Assembly (NCBI GenBank): GCA_002269645.1
Contig: NIVC01002290.1
Location: 122,468-186,467 of the forward strand
Direction of reading: 5' to 3'
DNA: 64,000 nt
Source: Macrostomum lignano
Lineage: Eukaryota
Shown here: positions 20,615-34,786 of the stretch, in pieces
Position numbering within the stretch: the stretch's first letter is position 1
How the letters are laid out: each line of letters opens with the position of its first letter
The notes under the pieces: model-generated
Database searches by the model: none
Told to the model about the DNA's origin: nothing
What the model saw: the letters and a program-made list of their open reading frames with translations, nothing else
Translations under genes and position numbers: made by a program

Positions 20615-23600
20615 CAACAGACACTGACAGACAAGGAAACAGACACTGACACACACAAGGACAACAGACACTGACACACACAAGGACAACAGACACTGAC
20701 AGACAAGGACAACAGACACTGACAGACAAGGAAACAGACACTGACACACACAAGGACAACAGACACTGACACACACAAGGACAACAGACACTGACAGACA
20801 AGGACAACAGACACTGACAGACAAGGACAACAGACACTGACACACAAGGACAATAGACACTGACACACACAAGGACAACAGACACTGACACACACAAGGA
20901 CAACAGACACTGATACACACAAGGACAACAGACAATGACACACACAAGGACAATAGACACTGACACACACAAGGACAACACACACTGATACACACAAGGA
21001 CAACAGACACTGATACACACAAGGACAACAGACACTGACACACACACAAGGACAACAGACACTGACACACACAAGGACAACAGACACTGACACACACAAG
21101 GACAACAGACACTGACAGACACAAGGACAACAGACACTGACAGACAAGGACAACAGACACTGACACAAGGAAAACAGACATTGACACACACAAGGACAAC
21201 AGACACTGACACACACAAGGACAACAGACACTGACAGACACAAGGACAACAGACACTGACACACACAAGGACAACAGACACTGACAGACAAGGAAACAGA
21301 CACTGACACACACAAGGACAACAGACACTGACACACACAAGGACAACAGACACTGACAGACAAGGACAACAGACACTGACAGACAAGGACAACAGACACT
21401 GACACACAAGGACAATAGACACTGACACACACAAGGACAACAGACACTGACACACACAAGGACAACAGACACTGATACACACAAGGACAACAGACACTGA
21501 CACACACAAGGACAATAGACACTGACACACACAAGGACAACACACACTGACACACACAAGGACAACAGACACTGATACACACAAGGACAACAGACACTGA
21601 CACACACACAAGGACAACAGACACTGACACACACAAGGACAACAGACACTGATACACACAAGGACAACTGACACTGACACACACAAGGACAACAGACACT
21701 GATACACACAAGGACAACAGACACTGACACACAAGGACAACAGACACTGACACACAAGGACAACAGACACTGACACACACAAGGACAACAGACACTGACA
21801 CACACAAGGACAATAGACACTGACACACACAAGGACAACACACACTGACACACACAAGGACAACAGACACTGACAGACACAAGGACAACAGACACTGACA
21901 GACACAAGGACAACAGACACTGACAGACAAGGACAACAGACACTGACACAAGGAAAACAGACATTGACACACACAAGGACAACAGACACTGACACACACA
22001 AGGACAACAGACACTGACAGACACAAGGACAACAGACACTGACACACACACAAGGACAACAGACACTGACACACAAGGACAACAGACACTGACACACAAG
22101 GACAACAGACACTGACACACACAAGGACAACAGACACTGACACACACAAGGACAACAGACACTGACACACACAAGGACAACAGACACTGACAGACAAGGA
22201 CAACAGACACTGATGGACAAGGACAACAGACACTGACACACAAGGACAACAGACACTGACACACAAGGACAACAGACACTGATACACACAAGGACAACTG
22301 ACACTGACACACACAAGGACAACAGACACTGATACACACAAGGACAACAGACACTGACACACAAGGACAACAGACACTGACACACAAGGACAACAGACAC
22401 TGACACACACAAGGACAACAGACACTGACACACACAAGGACAATAGACACTGACACACACAAGGACAACACACACTGACACACACAAGGACAACAGACAC
22501 TGACAGACACAAGGACAACAGACACTGACAGACACAAGGACAACAGACACTGACAGACAAGGACAACAGACACTGACACAAGGAAAACAGACATTGACAC
22601 ACACAAGGACAACAGACACTGACACACACAAGGACAACAGACACTGACAGACACAAGGACAACAGACACTGACACACACACAAGGACAACAGACACTGAC
22701 ACACAAGGACAACAGACACTGACACACAAGGACAACAGACACTGACACACACAAGGACAACAGACACTGACACACACAAGGACAACAGACACTGACACAC
22801 ACAAGGACAACAGACACTGACAGACAAGGACAACAGACACTGATGGACAAGGACAACAGACACTGACACACAAGGACAACAGACACTGACACACAAGGAC
22901 AACAGACACTGACACACAAGGACAACAGACACTGACACACACAAGGACAACAGACACTGACACACACAAGGACAACAGACACTGACACACAAGGACAACA
23001 GACACTGACACACACAAGGACAACAGACACTGACACACACAAGGACAACAGACACTGACACACAAGGACAACACACACTGACACACACAAGGACAACAGA
23101 CACTGACAGACACAAGGACAACAGACACTGACACACAAGGACAACAGACACTGACAGACAAGGACAACAGACACTGATGGACAAGGACAACAGACACTGA
23201 CACACAAGGACAACAGACACTGACACACAAGGACAACAGACACTGACACACACAAGGACAACAGACACTGACACACACAAGGACAACAGACACTGACACA
23301 CAAGGACAACAGACACTGACACACACAAGGACAACAGACACTGACACACACAAGGACAACAGACACTGACAGACAAGGACAACAGACACTGACACACACA
23401 AGGACAACAGACACTGACACACACAAGGACAACAGACACTGACACACACAAGGACAACAGACACTGACACACAAGGACAACAGACACTGACAGACAAGGA
23501 CAACAGACACTGACACACACAAGGACAACAGACACTGACACACAAGGACAACAGACACTGACACACACAAGGACAACAGACACTGACACACACAAGGACA

Positions 23601-23772
23601 ACAGACACTGACACACAAGGACAACAGACACTGACACACACAAGGACAACAGACACTGACACACAAGGACAACAGACACTGACACACACAAGGACAACAG
23701 ACACTGACACACACAAGGACAACAGACACTGACACACAAGGACAACAGACACTGACACACACAAGGACAACA
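20615..23772. repeat. 3.1-kb 21-27-bp satellite (CAAGGACAACAGACACTGACA[CA]n)
   Basis: Directly visible; source of the three spurious >1100-aa ORFs. Confidence 0.97.
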
Positions 23773-24596
23773 GAGTAAGTAGTAGAATAGAAAAAAAGAA
23801 AGCAGAGCAACGAAGAGGGAGAAGACGGCGAGGGCGAGAGAGAAAAACAGAGAGTGACCGACCAGCCCCACCCTGCCAGAGAAGGCGACGGAGATGGACA
23901 GCCCTGGGGGTGGGATGGGTTGAGGCCTGCAGCCCTGAAGAGCCTGAATATTCCACCAGGATGAGGGCGGATTGACGCGATGTCGCCCTCCAATAGGAGA
24001 CGTCGCAGCGCCCAGTACAGTGCAGGCGGGGGCAGTGCAGAGGAGAGTCCACGGAAGGAGACGAGCGGTCCAACTGACCTGCTAGGAGACGGGGAGGAGG
24101 CTGGTGCAATAGCAGCAAAGGACGAGGAAGCAAGAGAAAGCTGCTGCAGGGCATGGGATTGGGGAATCCTGGGATTCTGCTTATGATGAAGATGGAGCAC
24201 GCGCGGGCTCACGGCCAGGGGTCAATCTCCCTTCCCGGCTTCCTCATCCCCTCGCTGTGAAACTCGGCCGAGCCCCCCCCCATTACACACGCAGATCCCA
24301 GCAGCCCCACCCCCACAGCCCCTCCCGCCTCAGCCAGCCGGCTTAATTCACACAAATACAGTTTCTCTGCTTCATCCCTCAAGCAGTCTCCACCCTCACC
24401 ACACCTAAACACCCCGGCCAGCTCTGCAGTTTGAAGTGCCGCAGACTGTGTTCCAGTTTCCTCACCTGAAAAAAGTAGCAAAATGAAGCGGAGAGGCAGC
24501 CAAAGTATGGAGCATGGTTATTAGCGATATGCCTCATCAAGTCTGCTGCCTCCTCCGGCTCTGACGGTTTGCCGCAAGCTTCCCAACTCGCTCGCC

Positions 24597-27500
24597 ATGA
24601 GGTGGGCGCCGTTGCCGACACCGCGGCTTGCCAGCTGCCTGATCGCCGCCTGCTTCTGCGTGCGGCTGTCGCTGCAGGTGCGAGAAAGCGGTAAGTTCAC
24701 CTGCGCTTGGCTGATAATCCACCTGCGCTTGGCTGATAATCCACCTGTGCTTAGCTGATAATCCACCTGCGCTTAGCTGATAATCCACCTTTGCTTAGCT
24801 GATAATCCACCTGTACTTAGCTGATAATCCACCTGCGCTTAGCTGATAATCCACCTGCGCTTAGCTGATAATCCACTTGTGCTTATCTGATAATCCACAT
24901 GTACTCAGCTGATAATCTATCTGTGCTCAGCTGATAATTCACCTTTGCTGGCTGCTGATCTACCTGCGTTGGCTGTTAATCCACCCTCCCCAACTGCTGA
25001 TTCACCAGTCAAAGCTCCTTGATATTCATCAGTGAATCCTATTCGCACATTTGTTTCAACTTTATTCAGTAACATGACGTCATTCCTGGAGATTTATCTG
25101 CTGTTCCGGTGTTTTCTTGACTTATGAATCTCGTAAATCTTCCAAAATAAAAATCTTTCGGTGAAATTTTCTGGAAAGTTTAAGAAGAAAGAAATTTGAA
25201 CCATTGGAGAAAGCCTCATTATCTGCCTCATATCTCTCTCCAACCTCATTAGCTGCCTCATATCTCTCCCCAGCCTCATTATCTGCCTAATCTGTCCCCA
25301 GCCTCATTAGCTGCCTCATATCTCTCCCCAGCCTCATTATCTGCCTCATATCTCCCTAGCTTCATTATCTGCCTCATATCTCCCTAGCTTCATTATCTGC
25401 CTCATATCTCCTTAGCTTCATTATCTGCCTCATATCTCCTTAGCTTCATTATCTGCCTCATATCTCCCTAGCTTCATTATCTGCCTCATATCTCCCTAGC
25501 TTCATTATCTGCCTCATATCTCCCTAGCTTCATTATCTGCCTCATATCTCCTTAGCTTCATTATCTGCCTCATATCTCCCTAGCTTCATTATCTGCCTCA
25601 TATCTCCCTAGCTTCATTATCTGCCTCATATCTCTCTCCAACCTCATTATCTGCCTCATATCTCCCTAGCTTCATTATCTGCCTCATATCTCTCCCCAGC
25701 CTCATTATCTGCCTCATATCTCTCCCCAGCCGCATTATCTGCCTCATACCTCTCTCCAACCTCATTATCTGCCTCATATCTCCCCAGCCTCATTAGCTGC
25801 CTCATATCTCTCCCCAGCCTCATTATCTGCCTCATATCTCTCCCCAGCCTCATTATCTGCCTCATACCTCTCTCTTCATCCTTATTCGTATATCGTAAAA
25901 GTTAAATCCTCATTAATCTCATTCTGTACCTCGCTGTCGTCCCTCTCTCCTACATCAGTTTCTGCCTCAATATTTCCTTCAATTTTCGCTTCTGTCTTGT
26001 ACCCCTGCAAATGAAGCACACTAATTCCTCCCAGGCTCTGGGAGGGGAGTGCTAATTAACCAATAATTTCATCGGGCGGCAGGTGCTTCAAGCATGCAGA
26101 AATCAGACGAAGCGAGACGAGGAAACGTTATAAATGTACTTTTAACCTTCAAGCTTATTCGCCTCGCGAAAGACCTCTCGATTTGATAAACTGTCTGGCT
26201 GAAATTATTGGAAATGAAAGCTTGTGATACTCTTGCCTGTCAGACACCGACGCACTGAATTTTTTAATTGCTTTGTTAAATTTTTCTTAGCAAAAAAAGA
26301 TCAGCACACAAGCTGAGGCAGACAGGGAGAGATGGAGTCTATTGCTCAGATATTTCTGAGTGATGTGCTCTGGGCATCTACATGCAGAACACGAATTACT
26401 TATTGACATTTCCGATCTCAAATCTCTGTACCGCTTAGGCACTGCCTGACTAGCAGACTGCCTGTGTTTTCTGTGTTTGCCTAAGTCAACACGACTCGCT
26501 GACTCAGCATCAATCTGATGAGGCTATATAACAATACTGTTATATCCAACTATTATAAGGACCAGCTATAGGCATACAAGAGTTCTTATGTCGTTTTAAT
26601 CATGCATTTAATAAGCATAGCGGTCTGCATGACACTTCTTTTTAATGGCATCCACGGTAATGAATTGTGTATTGTTCATTATTAACGATTAAACAAAATA
26701 ACGATTCCTAACGATGATATCGTCCAGTCACCCAACCCTATACCTAACCTAACCTAAACCAGAAAACCTAACCCTAACCTAACCTAAACCAGAAAACCTA
26801 GCCCTAAACTCTAAACCTAAACTTAAACCTAGACCTAGACCTAGACCTAACCCTAAACCTAAACCTAAACCTAAACCTAAACCTACACCCAAACCCAAAC
26901 CTAAACCTAAACCTAAACCTAAACCTACACCCAAACCTAAACCCAAACCTAAACCTAAGCCTAAACCTAAACCTAAACCTAAACCTAAACCTAGCCATAA
27001 CCCAACCTTAACCATAACTATAGCCATAGACAAAACCCTAACCCAAATTTCACATTAAAAACACAACTGCACACTCGCAGGCCTGGGCAGCGATGACGAA
27101 GTGAAGCTGGTGAACCTGCTGTTCAAGCACAAAGGCTACAACAGGCTAATCAGGCCGGTGGCAGACCTGAACCAGACTGTCAAAGTCGCATTCGGACTGG
27201 CCATGGTGCAGCTGATCAATGTGGTGAGCTGTGCGGTCTGCCCCGGTGGGGTGTAAAATATTCTAAAAGTGCAAATTGTACTTTGGATAATGGAATAAAC
27301 ACTACCCGAGTACCACTGAGGAGCCAGTCATAAGCTTGTCAGGGAACGGACCAAGGCGGGCACAAGAAGTTTAAGGACACTGGCGCATCTTATCAAACAA
27401 GAATCAACTCGCCAGCCCTCCTGACCGTCGAGATATTCAACAATTCAGCCAGAATTCAGCCCCAGTGTCGAGACTTGATCAGAGACATCGGAGAAACTTG

Positions 27501-30500
27501 CAACAGGCTGTCCTGGTGCCACCTGTTGAAGGTGCCGACGGCGTCCGGGTGATGACTAAATGCTCGAGAGACTAGCTGAGGTTGTCCAGCAGTTGAGGTT
27601 TGCTCATTATTGAAGCTTGATAAGAAAAATCTGATATAGTTGCAACAGGATCTTCATAGTCACCTGGTGCCACCTGTTGAAGGTGCCGACGGCGTCCGGG
27701 TGATGACTAAATGCTCGAGAAACTAGCTGAGGATGTCCAGCAGTTTAGGCTTGCCCGCTGTCGAGGCTTGATCAGCGAAACTTGAGAAATTCGCGTCAAG
27801 GTCAAGGTGTCCATAGTCACATGGTGCCCCTGTTGAAGGTCTTGAAGCTCCGCCTGGGTGAAGGCCAGTGACCAACGAAGTCAGTGGTCGGCGTACTGAT
27901 GAAATTTGGAGGCATGGCAAGGCTGCACTGAGGTGCAGTGCTGGTTGGCGCACAGGGGTGTACTTAATACAGACTCTTATGGGAAAAACCCGACCTTCTG
28001 GCAGAATCGTCGAATATCTCGACGGTCCGGAAGGCTGGCGACTTGATTCTTGTTTGAGAAGGCGCGCACAAAAATTTTAGGCCGTGTTCTTGAATTTCGT
28101 TTGCCTGCGTTGCTGAGTTCCGGCGCAGCAAAAAATTGTCAGGAGAGAATTACCTCCCTTTAGTAGTCAGTTCTCGTGTATTATACGAAATATGATATTT
28201 CAAACCCGCTGATTTCTGCTTTCAGGAGGAGAAGAGTCAAATAATGAAAAGTAACGTCTGGCTACGAATGGTACGGTGATTTAACTTTAATTTTGCTCTT
28301 CTGTTTGTGACGGGGGGGCAGTTTCTGTTTTGGCTAGTTTTTTTGTCAAGTTTTTTTGGGTCTTAAACAATTTGGGTCATCGGGTCATAGATACTTCAGG
28401 GTCATAGATACTTCAGGGTCATAGATACCTCGGGTCATAGATATTCAAGTTTTTTTGGGTCTTAAACAATTTGGGTCATCGGGTCATAGATACTTCAGGG
28501 TCATAGATACTTCAGGGTCATAGATACCTCGGGTCATAGATACTTCGGGTCATAGACAGTTTCGGTCATAGACAGTTTGGGTCATAGATACTTCGGGTCA
28601 TAGATAGATCGGGTCATAGACGATTCGGATCAGACAGGTTGGATCATAGACAATTTTGGTCATAGACAGTTTTGGTCATAGAAAGTTTGGGTCATAGACA
28701 GTTTGGGTATTAGAAAGTTTGGGTCTTAAACAATTTGGGTCATAGACAGTTTAGGTCATAGACAGTTTGGGTCATAGACAGTTTAGGTCATAGACAGTTT
28801 AGGTCATAGACAGTTTGGGTCATAGACAGTGTGGTTCATAAACAGTATTCTCATAACTAATAAATCATTTCAGACGTGGGACGACTATCAGCTGCGCTGG
28901 GACCCCACGGACTTTGGCGGCATCAAAGTCATTCGAGTCAACCCAAACAAAATATGGAAACCGGACATTGTTCTGTATAATAAGTGAGCCATTTGACTGA
29001 TTTCTGTCACTAGATTGTCTCCTTAATTACGGATATTCGAAATGTAATTAAAAGTACATTTGATTTCGCAGCGCCGACGGCAAGTACGAAGTGTCCTGGC
29101 AGCCAAACATCCTCATCTTTAACACGGGCAACATCCTGTGGATCCCGCCAGCGATTTACAAAAGCTCCTGCACCATCCACGTCCGGTACTTCCCGTTCGA
29201 TCAGCAGGAGTGCGAGATGAAGTTCGGAAGCTGGACTTTCGACGCAACTCAGGTGATCCTCTTAAGACTTGGGATCTTTTATGCGGCTTTATAAGTGGGA
29301 CCTTGGAAGAATCGACTGCGGTGCTTGGGAAGCTTTCAGGATTTTAATTAATTAAGATCAATCAGATTTTCAAATATTAGGACATCAAAAGGTCGGCTTT
29401 TTAATGTGTCATTTGAATTTCCCAATAATTTTTCATCCTTGCATTCTTAATTTAAATAGTAAAACTTTAGGATCTTAGACTATGTGGATTATAAATCATT
29501 GGGATCTTAGATAATTGGGATTTTAGGGATTTTAAATCACTGGCATCTTTAATAATTGGGATCTTAGATCTTAGGATTTTAAATCAGTGGGATCATAAAT
29601 CATTGGGATCATTAATCTGTGGGATCTCAGATCATTGGGATCTTAGATCATTGGGACCTTAGATCATTGGGATCTTAGATCATTAGGATCATAGATCATT
29701 GGGATCATAGATCATTGGGATCTTAGATCATTGGGATCTTAGATCATTGGGATCTTAGATCATTGGGACCTTAGATAATTGGGATCTTAGATCATTGGGA
29801 TCATAGATCATTGGGATCTTAGATCATTGGGATCTTAGATCATTGGGATCTTAGATCATTGGGATCTTAGATCATTGGGATCTTAGATCATTGGGACCTT
29901 AGATAATTGGGATCTTAGATCATTGGGATCATAGATCATTGGAATCCTAGATCACTGGGACCTTAGATCATTGGGATCTTAGATCATTGGGATTTTAGAT
30001 CATTGGGATCTTAGATCATTGGGATCTTAGATCATTGGGATCTTAGATCATTGCGATCTTAGATCATTGGGACCTTAGATAATTGGGATCTTAGATCATT
30101 GGGATCATAGATCATTGGAATCCTAGATCACTGGGACCTTAGATCATTGGGATCTTAGATCATTGGGATCTTAGATAATTGGGATCTTAGATCATTGGGA
30201 TCATAGATCATTGGGATCTTAGATCATTGCGATCTTAGATCATTGGGACCTTAGATAATTGGGATCTTAGATCATTGGGATCATAGATCAGTGGGACCTT
30301 AGATCAGTGGGATATTGAATCATCGGGTAATTAATCACCAGCGCCTCACGTGACTCGCAGGTCGGGCTGGACTGGTACGAAGGCGTGAAGTTCATGGACC
30401 TGAACGATTACTGGCAGTCGGGCTCCTGGGACATCATCGACTGTCCGGGCAACATCACACAGATCGAGAAGGTCGGTCAGGCGCCCCAGACTATGATGAT

Positions 30501-33105
30501 CTACACCATCACCATCAGGCGGAAGACCCTGTTCTACACTGTCAACCTGATCATTTCCTGTGTTCTCATCTCCCTGCTCAGCGTGTGCGTTTTCTATCTG
30601 CCAGCGGATGCTGGAGAAAAGATGACGCTCTGCATCTCGATTCTGCTGGCTCTGGTTGTGTTCCTCCTGCTAGTCAGCAAGATTCTGCCGCCGACTTCAA
30701 TCTCAATACCGCTGATCTCAAAGTACCTGCTGTTCACATTCATCATGAACATCATCACCATTGTGTTCACCGTGATCATCATCAACTGGAACTTCCGGAC
30801 GCCGAGGACGCACAAGATGCCGAACTGGGTCCGCCTGGTGTTCCTCAAATACCTGCCCAAGCTGCTGTGGATGAAGCGGCCAGAGCACATCAAACGCGAA
30901 GAGAATGACAATTGGCGAATGGACCGCATGACCGACCGCTGCAACGGCGGCGAAACCGGCGGCGGAGTCAGTCGGCGTCGCCGACGCGACTTGCACAGCT
31001 TCGAGGACGTCACTGGCGGAGGCCTGGATTTCGGCGTTAACGATGACGACGACGTGGAACCGTCGCCGGAGCTGCTGGAGCTGCGCGACTTCCGACGGTC
31101 GGGCAGGTCATCGATGCCGCCGGAAGAGACGGCCGAGGCCGCCGAGGCCGCCGGGCCGCAGAGATTTGCTGGAGTGGAGGTGACGCCTGAGCTGAGGAAG
31201 GCGATTGCGGCCATCAACTTCATCTCCACTCATCTGCGCATCGAGGACGAATACAAGCGGGTGAGTTTCGGTTCTAGTCATAAACAGTTCGGGCCATGAC
31301 AGTTCGGGTCATAGACAGTTCGGGTCTATGACCTATGGGTCTATAGACACTTGGGGTGTCATATACAGTTCGGGTCATAGACAGTTCGAGTCATAGACAG
31401 TTCGGGTCATAGACAGTTCGGGTCATAGACAGTTCGGGTCATAGACAGTTCGGGTCATAGACAGTTCGGGTCATAGACAGTTCGAGTCATAGACAGTTCG
31501 GGTCATAGACAGTTCGGGTCTATGACCTATGGGTCTATAGACACTTGGGGTGTCATATACAGTTCGGGTCATAGACAGTTCGGGTCATAGACAGTTCGAG
31601 TCATAGACAGTTCGGGTCATAGACAGTTCGGGTCATAGACAGTTCGGGTCATAGACAGTTCGAGTCATAGACAGTTCGAGTCATAAACAGTTCGGGTCAT
31701 AGACAGTTCGGGTTATAGACACTTGGGGTGTCATAGACAGTTCGGTCATAGACAGTTTGGGTCATAGACACTTGGGGGTGTCATAGACAGTTCGGTCATA
31801 GACAGTTAGGGTCATAGACAGCTTTGGTCATAGACAGTTTGGGTCATAGACAGTTCGGTCATAGACAGTTTGGGTCATAGACAGTTCGGTCATAGACAGT
31901 TTGGGTCATAGACAGTTCGAGTCATAGACAGTTCGAGTCATAGACAGTTCGGGTCATAGACAGTTCGAGTCATAGACAGTTAGGGTCATAGACAGCTTTG
32001 GTCATAGACAGTTTGGGTCATAGACAGTTCGAGTCATAGACAGTTCGGGTCATAGACAGTTCGGGTCATAGACAGTTCGGGTCATAGACAGTTCGAGTCA
32101 TAGACAGTTCGGGTCATAGACAGTTCGGGTCATAGACAGTTCGAGTCATAGACAGTTCGGGTCATAGACAGTTCGGGTTATAGACACTTGGGGTGTCATA
32201 GACAGTTCGGTCATAGACAGTTTGGGTCATAGACACTTGGGGGTGTCATAGACAGTTCGGTCATAGACAGTTAGGGTCATAGACAGCTTTGGTCATAGAC
32301 AGTTTGGGTCATAGACAGTTCGGTCATAGACAGTTTGGGTCATAGACAGTTCGGTCATAGACAGTTTGGGTCATAGACAGTTCGGTCATAGACAGTTTGG
32401 GTCATAGACAGTTCGAGTCATAGACAGTTCGGGTCATAGACAGTTCGGGTCATAGACAGTTCGAGTCATAGACAGTTCGAGTCACAGACAGTTCGGGTCA
32501 TAGACAGTTCGGGTTATAGACACTTGGGGTGTCATAGACAGTTCGGTCATAGACAGTTTGGGTCATAGACACTTGTGGGTGTCATAGACAGTTCGGTCAT
32601 AGACAGTTTGGGTCATAGACACTTGGGGGTGTCATAGACAGTTCGGTCATAGACAGTTAGGGTCATAGACAGCTTTGGTCATAGACAGTTTGGGTCATAG
32701 ACAGTTCGGTCATAGACAGTTTGGGTCATAGACAGTTCGGTCATAGACAGTTTGGGTCATAGACACTTGGGGGTGTCATAGACAGTTCGGTCATAGACAG
32801 TTAGGGTCATAGACAGTTCGGTCATAGACAGTTTGGGTCATAGACAGTTCGGTCATAGACAGTTTGGGTCATAGACAGCTTTGATCATGGACAGCTTGGG
32901 TCATAGACCAAGCTACTCTCCCACGCTCCCGCAGGTGCTCCAAGACTGGAAATACGTGGCATCCGTGATTGACCGAGTCCAGCTGCTCATCTTCGGCGTG
33001 GTCACCCTGGTTGGCACCGGGGCGATTTTGTTGAACGCGCCGTTCATTTTGGACTTCGTCGACCAGACGGCCATCATCAACGCCCTGAAGGCAAAGACTG
33101 CCTGA
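24597..33105 (+). CDS. Nicotinic acetylcholine receptor non-alpha (beta-like) subunit, paralog A, 7 exons, about 547 aa
   Basis: Exons 24597-24690 (signal peptide, preferred; alternative 26602-26656), 27081-27223, 28226-28270, 28874-28983, 29072-29252, 30361-31260, 32935-33105; all GT-AG and frame-compatible. [21 protein letters not shown], Cys-loop [17 protein letters not shown]1-4, GEKMTL. No vicinal Cys pair in loop C. Confidence 0.93.
24707..24985. repeat. 22-bp array (GCTGATAATCCACCTGCGCTTA) just after the nAChR-A exon 1 donor
   Basis: Directly visible. Confidence 0.9.
25214..25870. repeat. 28-30-bp array (TCATTATCTGCCTCATATCTCCCTAGCT)
   Basis: Directly visible. Confidence 0.93.
26733..27045. 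repeat. Telomere-variant simple repeat (CCTAA/CCTAAA/CCCTAA)n upstream of the nAChR-A exon 2 acceptor
   Basis: Directly visible. Confidence 0.85.
28375..28845. repeat. 16-17-bp array (GGGTCATAGACAGTTT / GGGTCATAGATACTTC), nAChR-A intron 3
   Basis: Directly visible; same family as 31275-32908. Confidence 0.9.
29490..30315. repeat. 16-bp array (AGATCATTGGGATCTT), nAChR-A intron 5
   Basis: Directly visible. Confidence 0.95.
31275..32908. repeat. 15-16-bp array (GGGTCATAGACAGTTC) filling nAChR-A intron 6
   Basis: Directly visible; spans from about 15 nt after the donor to about 25 nt before the acceptor. Confidence 0.95.
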
Positions 33106-34008
33106 TATGGAATGGAACCGGCCGGTTTGCTTACCTCCAATTGCCTTTCAGCGTTGCGAGCCCCTCAGCATATCAAATCTCAACTGCAGCTATAGACACT
33201 CGATCATGGACAGCTAAAGCCAGAGTCTTTTGCTGTCCATGGATTTGATCTTCCTTATCATGTCTTGTAACAACACAAGCTTTAATGCATCGCTGTGTAG
33301 CATTGATACCTGTATGGGCATTGGCTAATTAGCATAATGAGCTTGAAATTTTTGAACTTTTTTTCTAATCATAATTTCCATGGTAGATCACACTGCACCT
33401 CCCACACTTTGTTCATTCAATTTTGTCCTATAGTTAATTTTTCTACATTCTGCATAGGCAACAAGTTTTGCCGAGAATTTTAATTAATAAACACGTCAGG
33501 TCGATGAAAACTGCATGACGATCTCAGTTCCTCAATGGCGTGCTTTTATGTCCATATTTGATTTCCCCGCGATCGAACTGTGACCCGCACCGCCCCTCAA
33601 GCTTGATGAGGCTGGCGGCCCAACAAAGCAATTATTTTCCGTTTGGGAGAAAACCTGAGCTCGAGATTGCATGATTCTTCTTTGCGGGGGGAAGGAGATT
33701 GGAGAAGAGAGGAGGAGAGAGCGGGAGAACTAATTAACGAGATGGGTCCTTGGGATATCGAACTTTGCGGAGGCTGGATTCTGGGGATGATGGACCTCGG
33801 ATTGAGTTCGGGTTCGAGAAGATGCTGGCTGTTTGCTTTTACAGCCTTCCCACAGCCATCCCAATGAGCTCTCGCTGCTTCAACTCCATCCTTGATTTAT
33901 TGTCACCAAGAGCGGAGTATTGGTGGGCAGATTCTCAGTACACGTGCAGCTGGTGAGCCCGCCACGGGTGCGCTGCACACTGGTTATGGGGGAGCCCAGA
34001 GTCTTGAT

Positions 34009-34786
34009 GGGCGATTCTTTAGGGCGATTCTTTTGGGCGATTCCATGGCTGGGGTGATTCTTTAGGGCGATTCCTTAACTGGGGCGATTCTTTGGCTGGG
34101 CCGATTTTTTGGCTGGGGAGATTCTTTGGCTGGGGCGATTCCTTGGCTGGGGCGATTTTTTGGCTGGGGCGATTCTTTGGCTGGGCCGATTCCTTGGCGG
34201 GGGCGATTCCTTGGCTGGGCGATTCTTTGGCTGGGGCGATTCCTTGGCGGGGGAGATTCTTTGGCTGGGGCGATTCCTTGGCGGGGGAGATTCTTTGGCT
34301 GGGGCGATTTTTTGGCTGGGCCGATTCTTTGGCTGGGCCGATTCTTTGGCTGGGCCGATTCTTTGGCTGGGCCGATTCTTTGGCTGGGGCGATTCCTTGG
34401 CTGGGGCGATTTTTTGGCTGGGGCGATTCCTTGGCGGGGGAGATTCTTTGGCTGGGGCGATTTTTTGGCTGGGGCGATTTCTTGGCGGGGGCGATTCCTT
34501 GGCGGGGGTGATTCCTTGGCTGGGGCGATTTTTTGGCTGGGGCGATTTTTTGGCTGGGGCGATTCCTTGGCGGGGGAGATTCTTTGGCTGGGGCGATTTT
34601 TTGGCTGGGGCGATTTCTTGGCGGGGGCGATTCCTTGGCGGGGGCGATTCCTTGGCTGGGGCGATTCCATGGCGGGGGAGATTTTTTGGCTGGGGCGATT
34701 CCTTGGCGGGGGAGATTCTTTGGCTGGGGCGATTTTTTGGCTGGGGCGATTCTTTGGCGGGGCGATTCCTTGGCTGGGGCGATTTT
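34009..34786 (+). repeat. 17-18-bp array (TTGGCTGGGGCGATTCT), left arm of a second inverted pair
   Basis: Reverse complement of units at 35331-36310. Confidence 0.93.

Noticed and set aside
20376-24212. Three 1100-1280-aa Cys/Val-rich ORFs
   Set aside because: All three minus-strand frames are open only because the satellite unit lacks stops; there is no domain content.
24209-24788. Minus-strand short ORFs suggesting a hidden gene
   Set aside because: Better explained as the antisense of the nAChR-A first exon and 5' region; no recognisable product.
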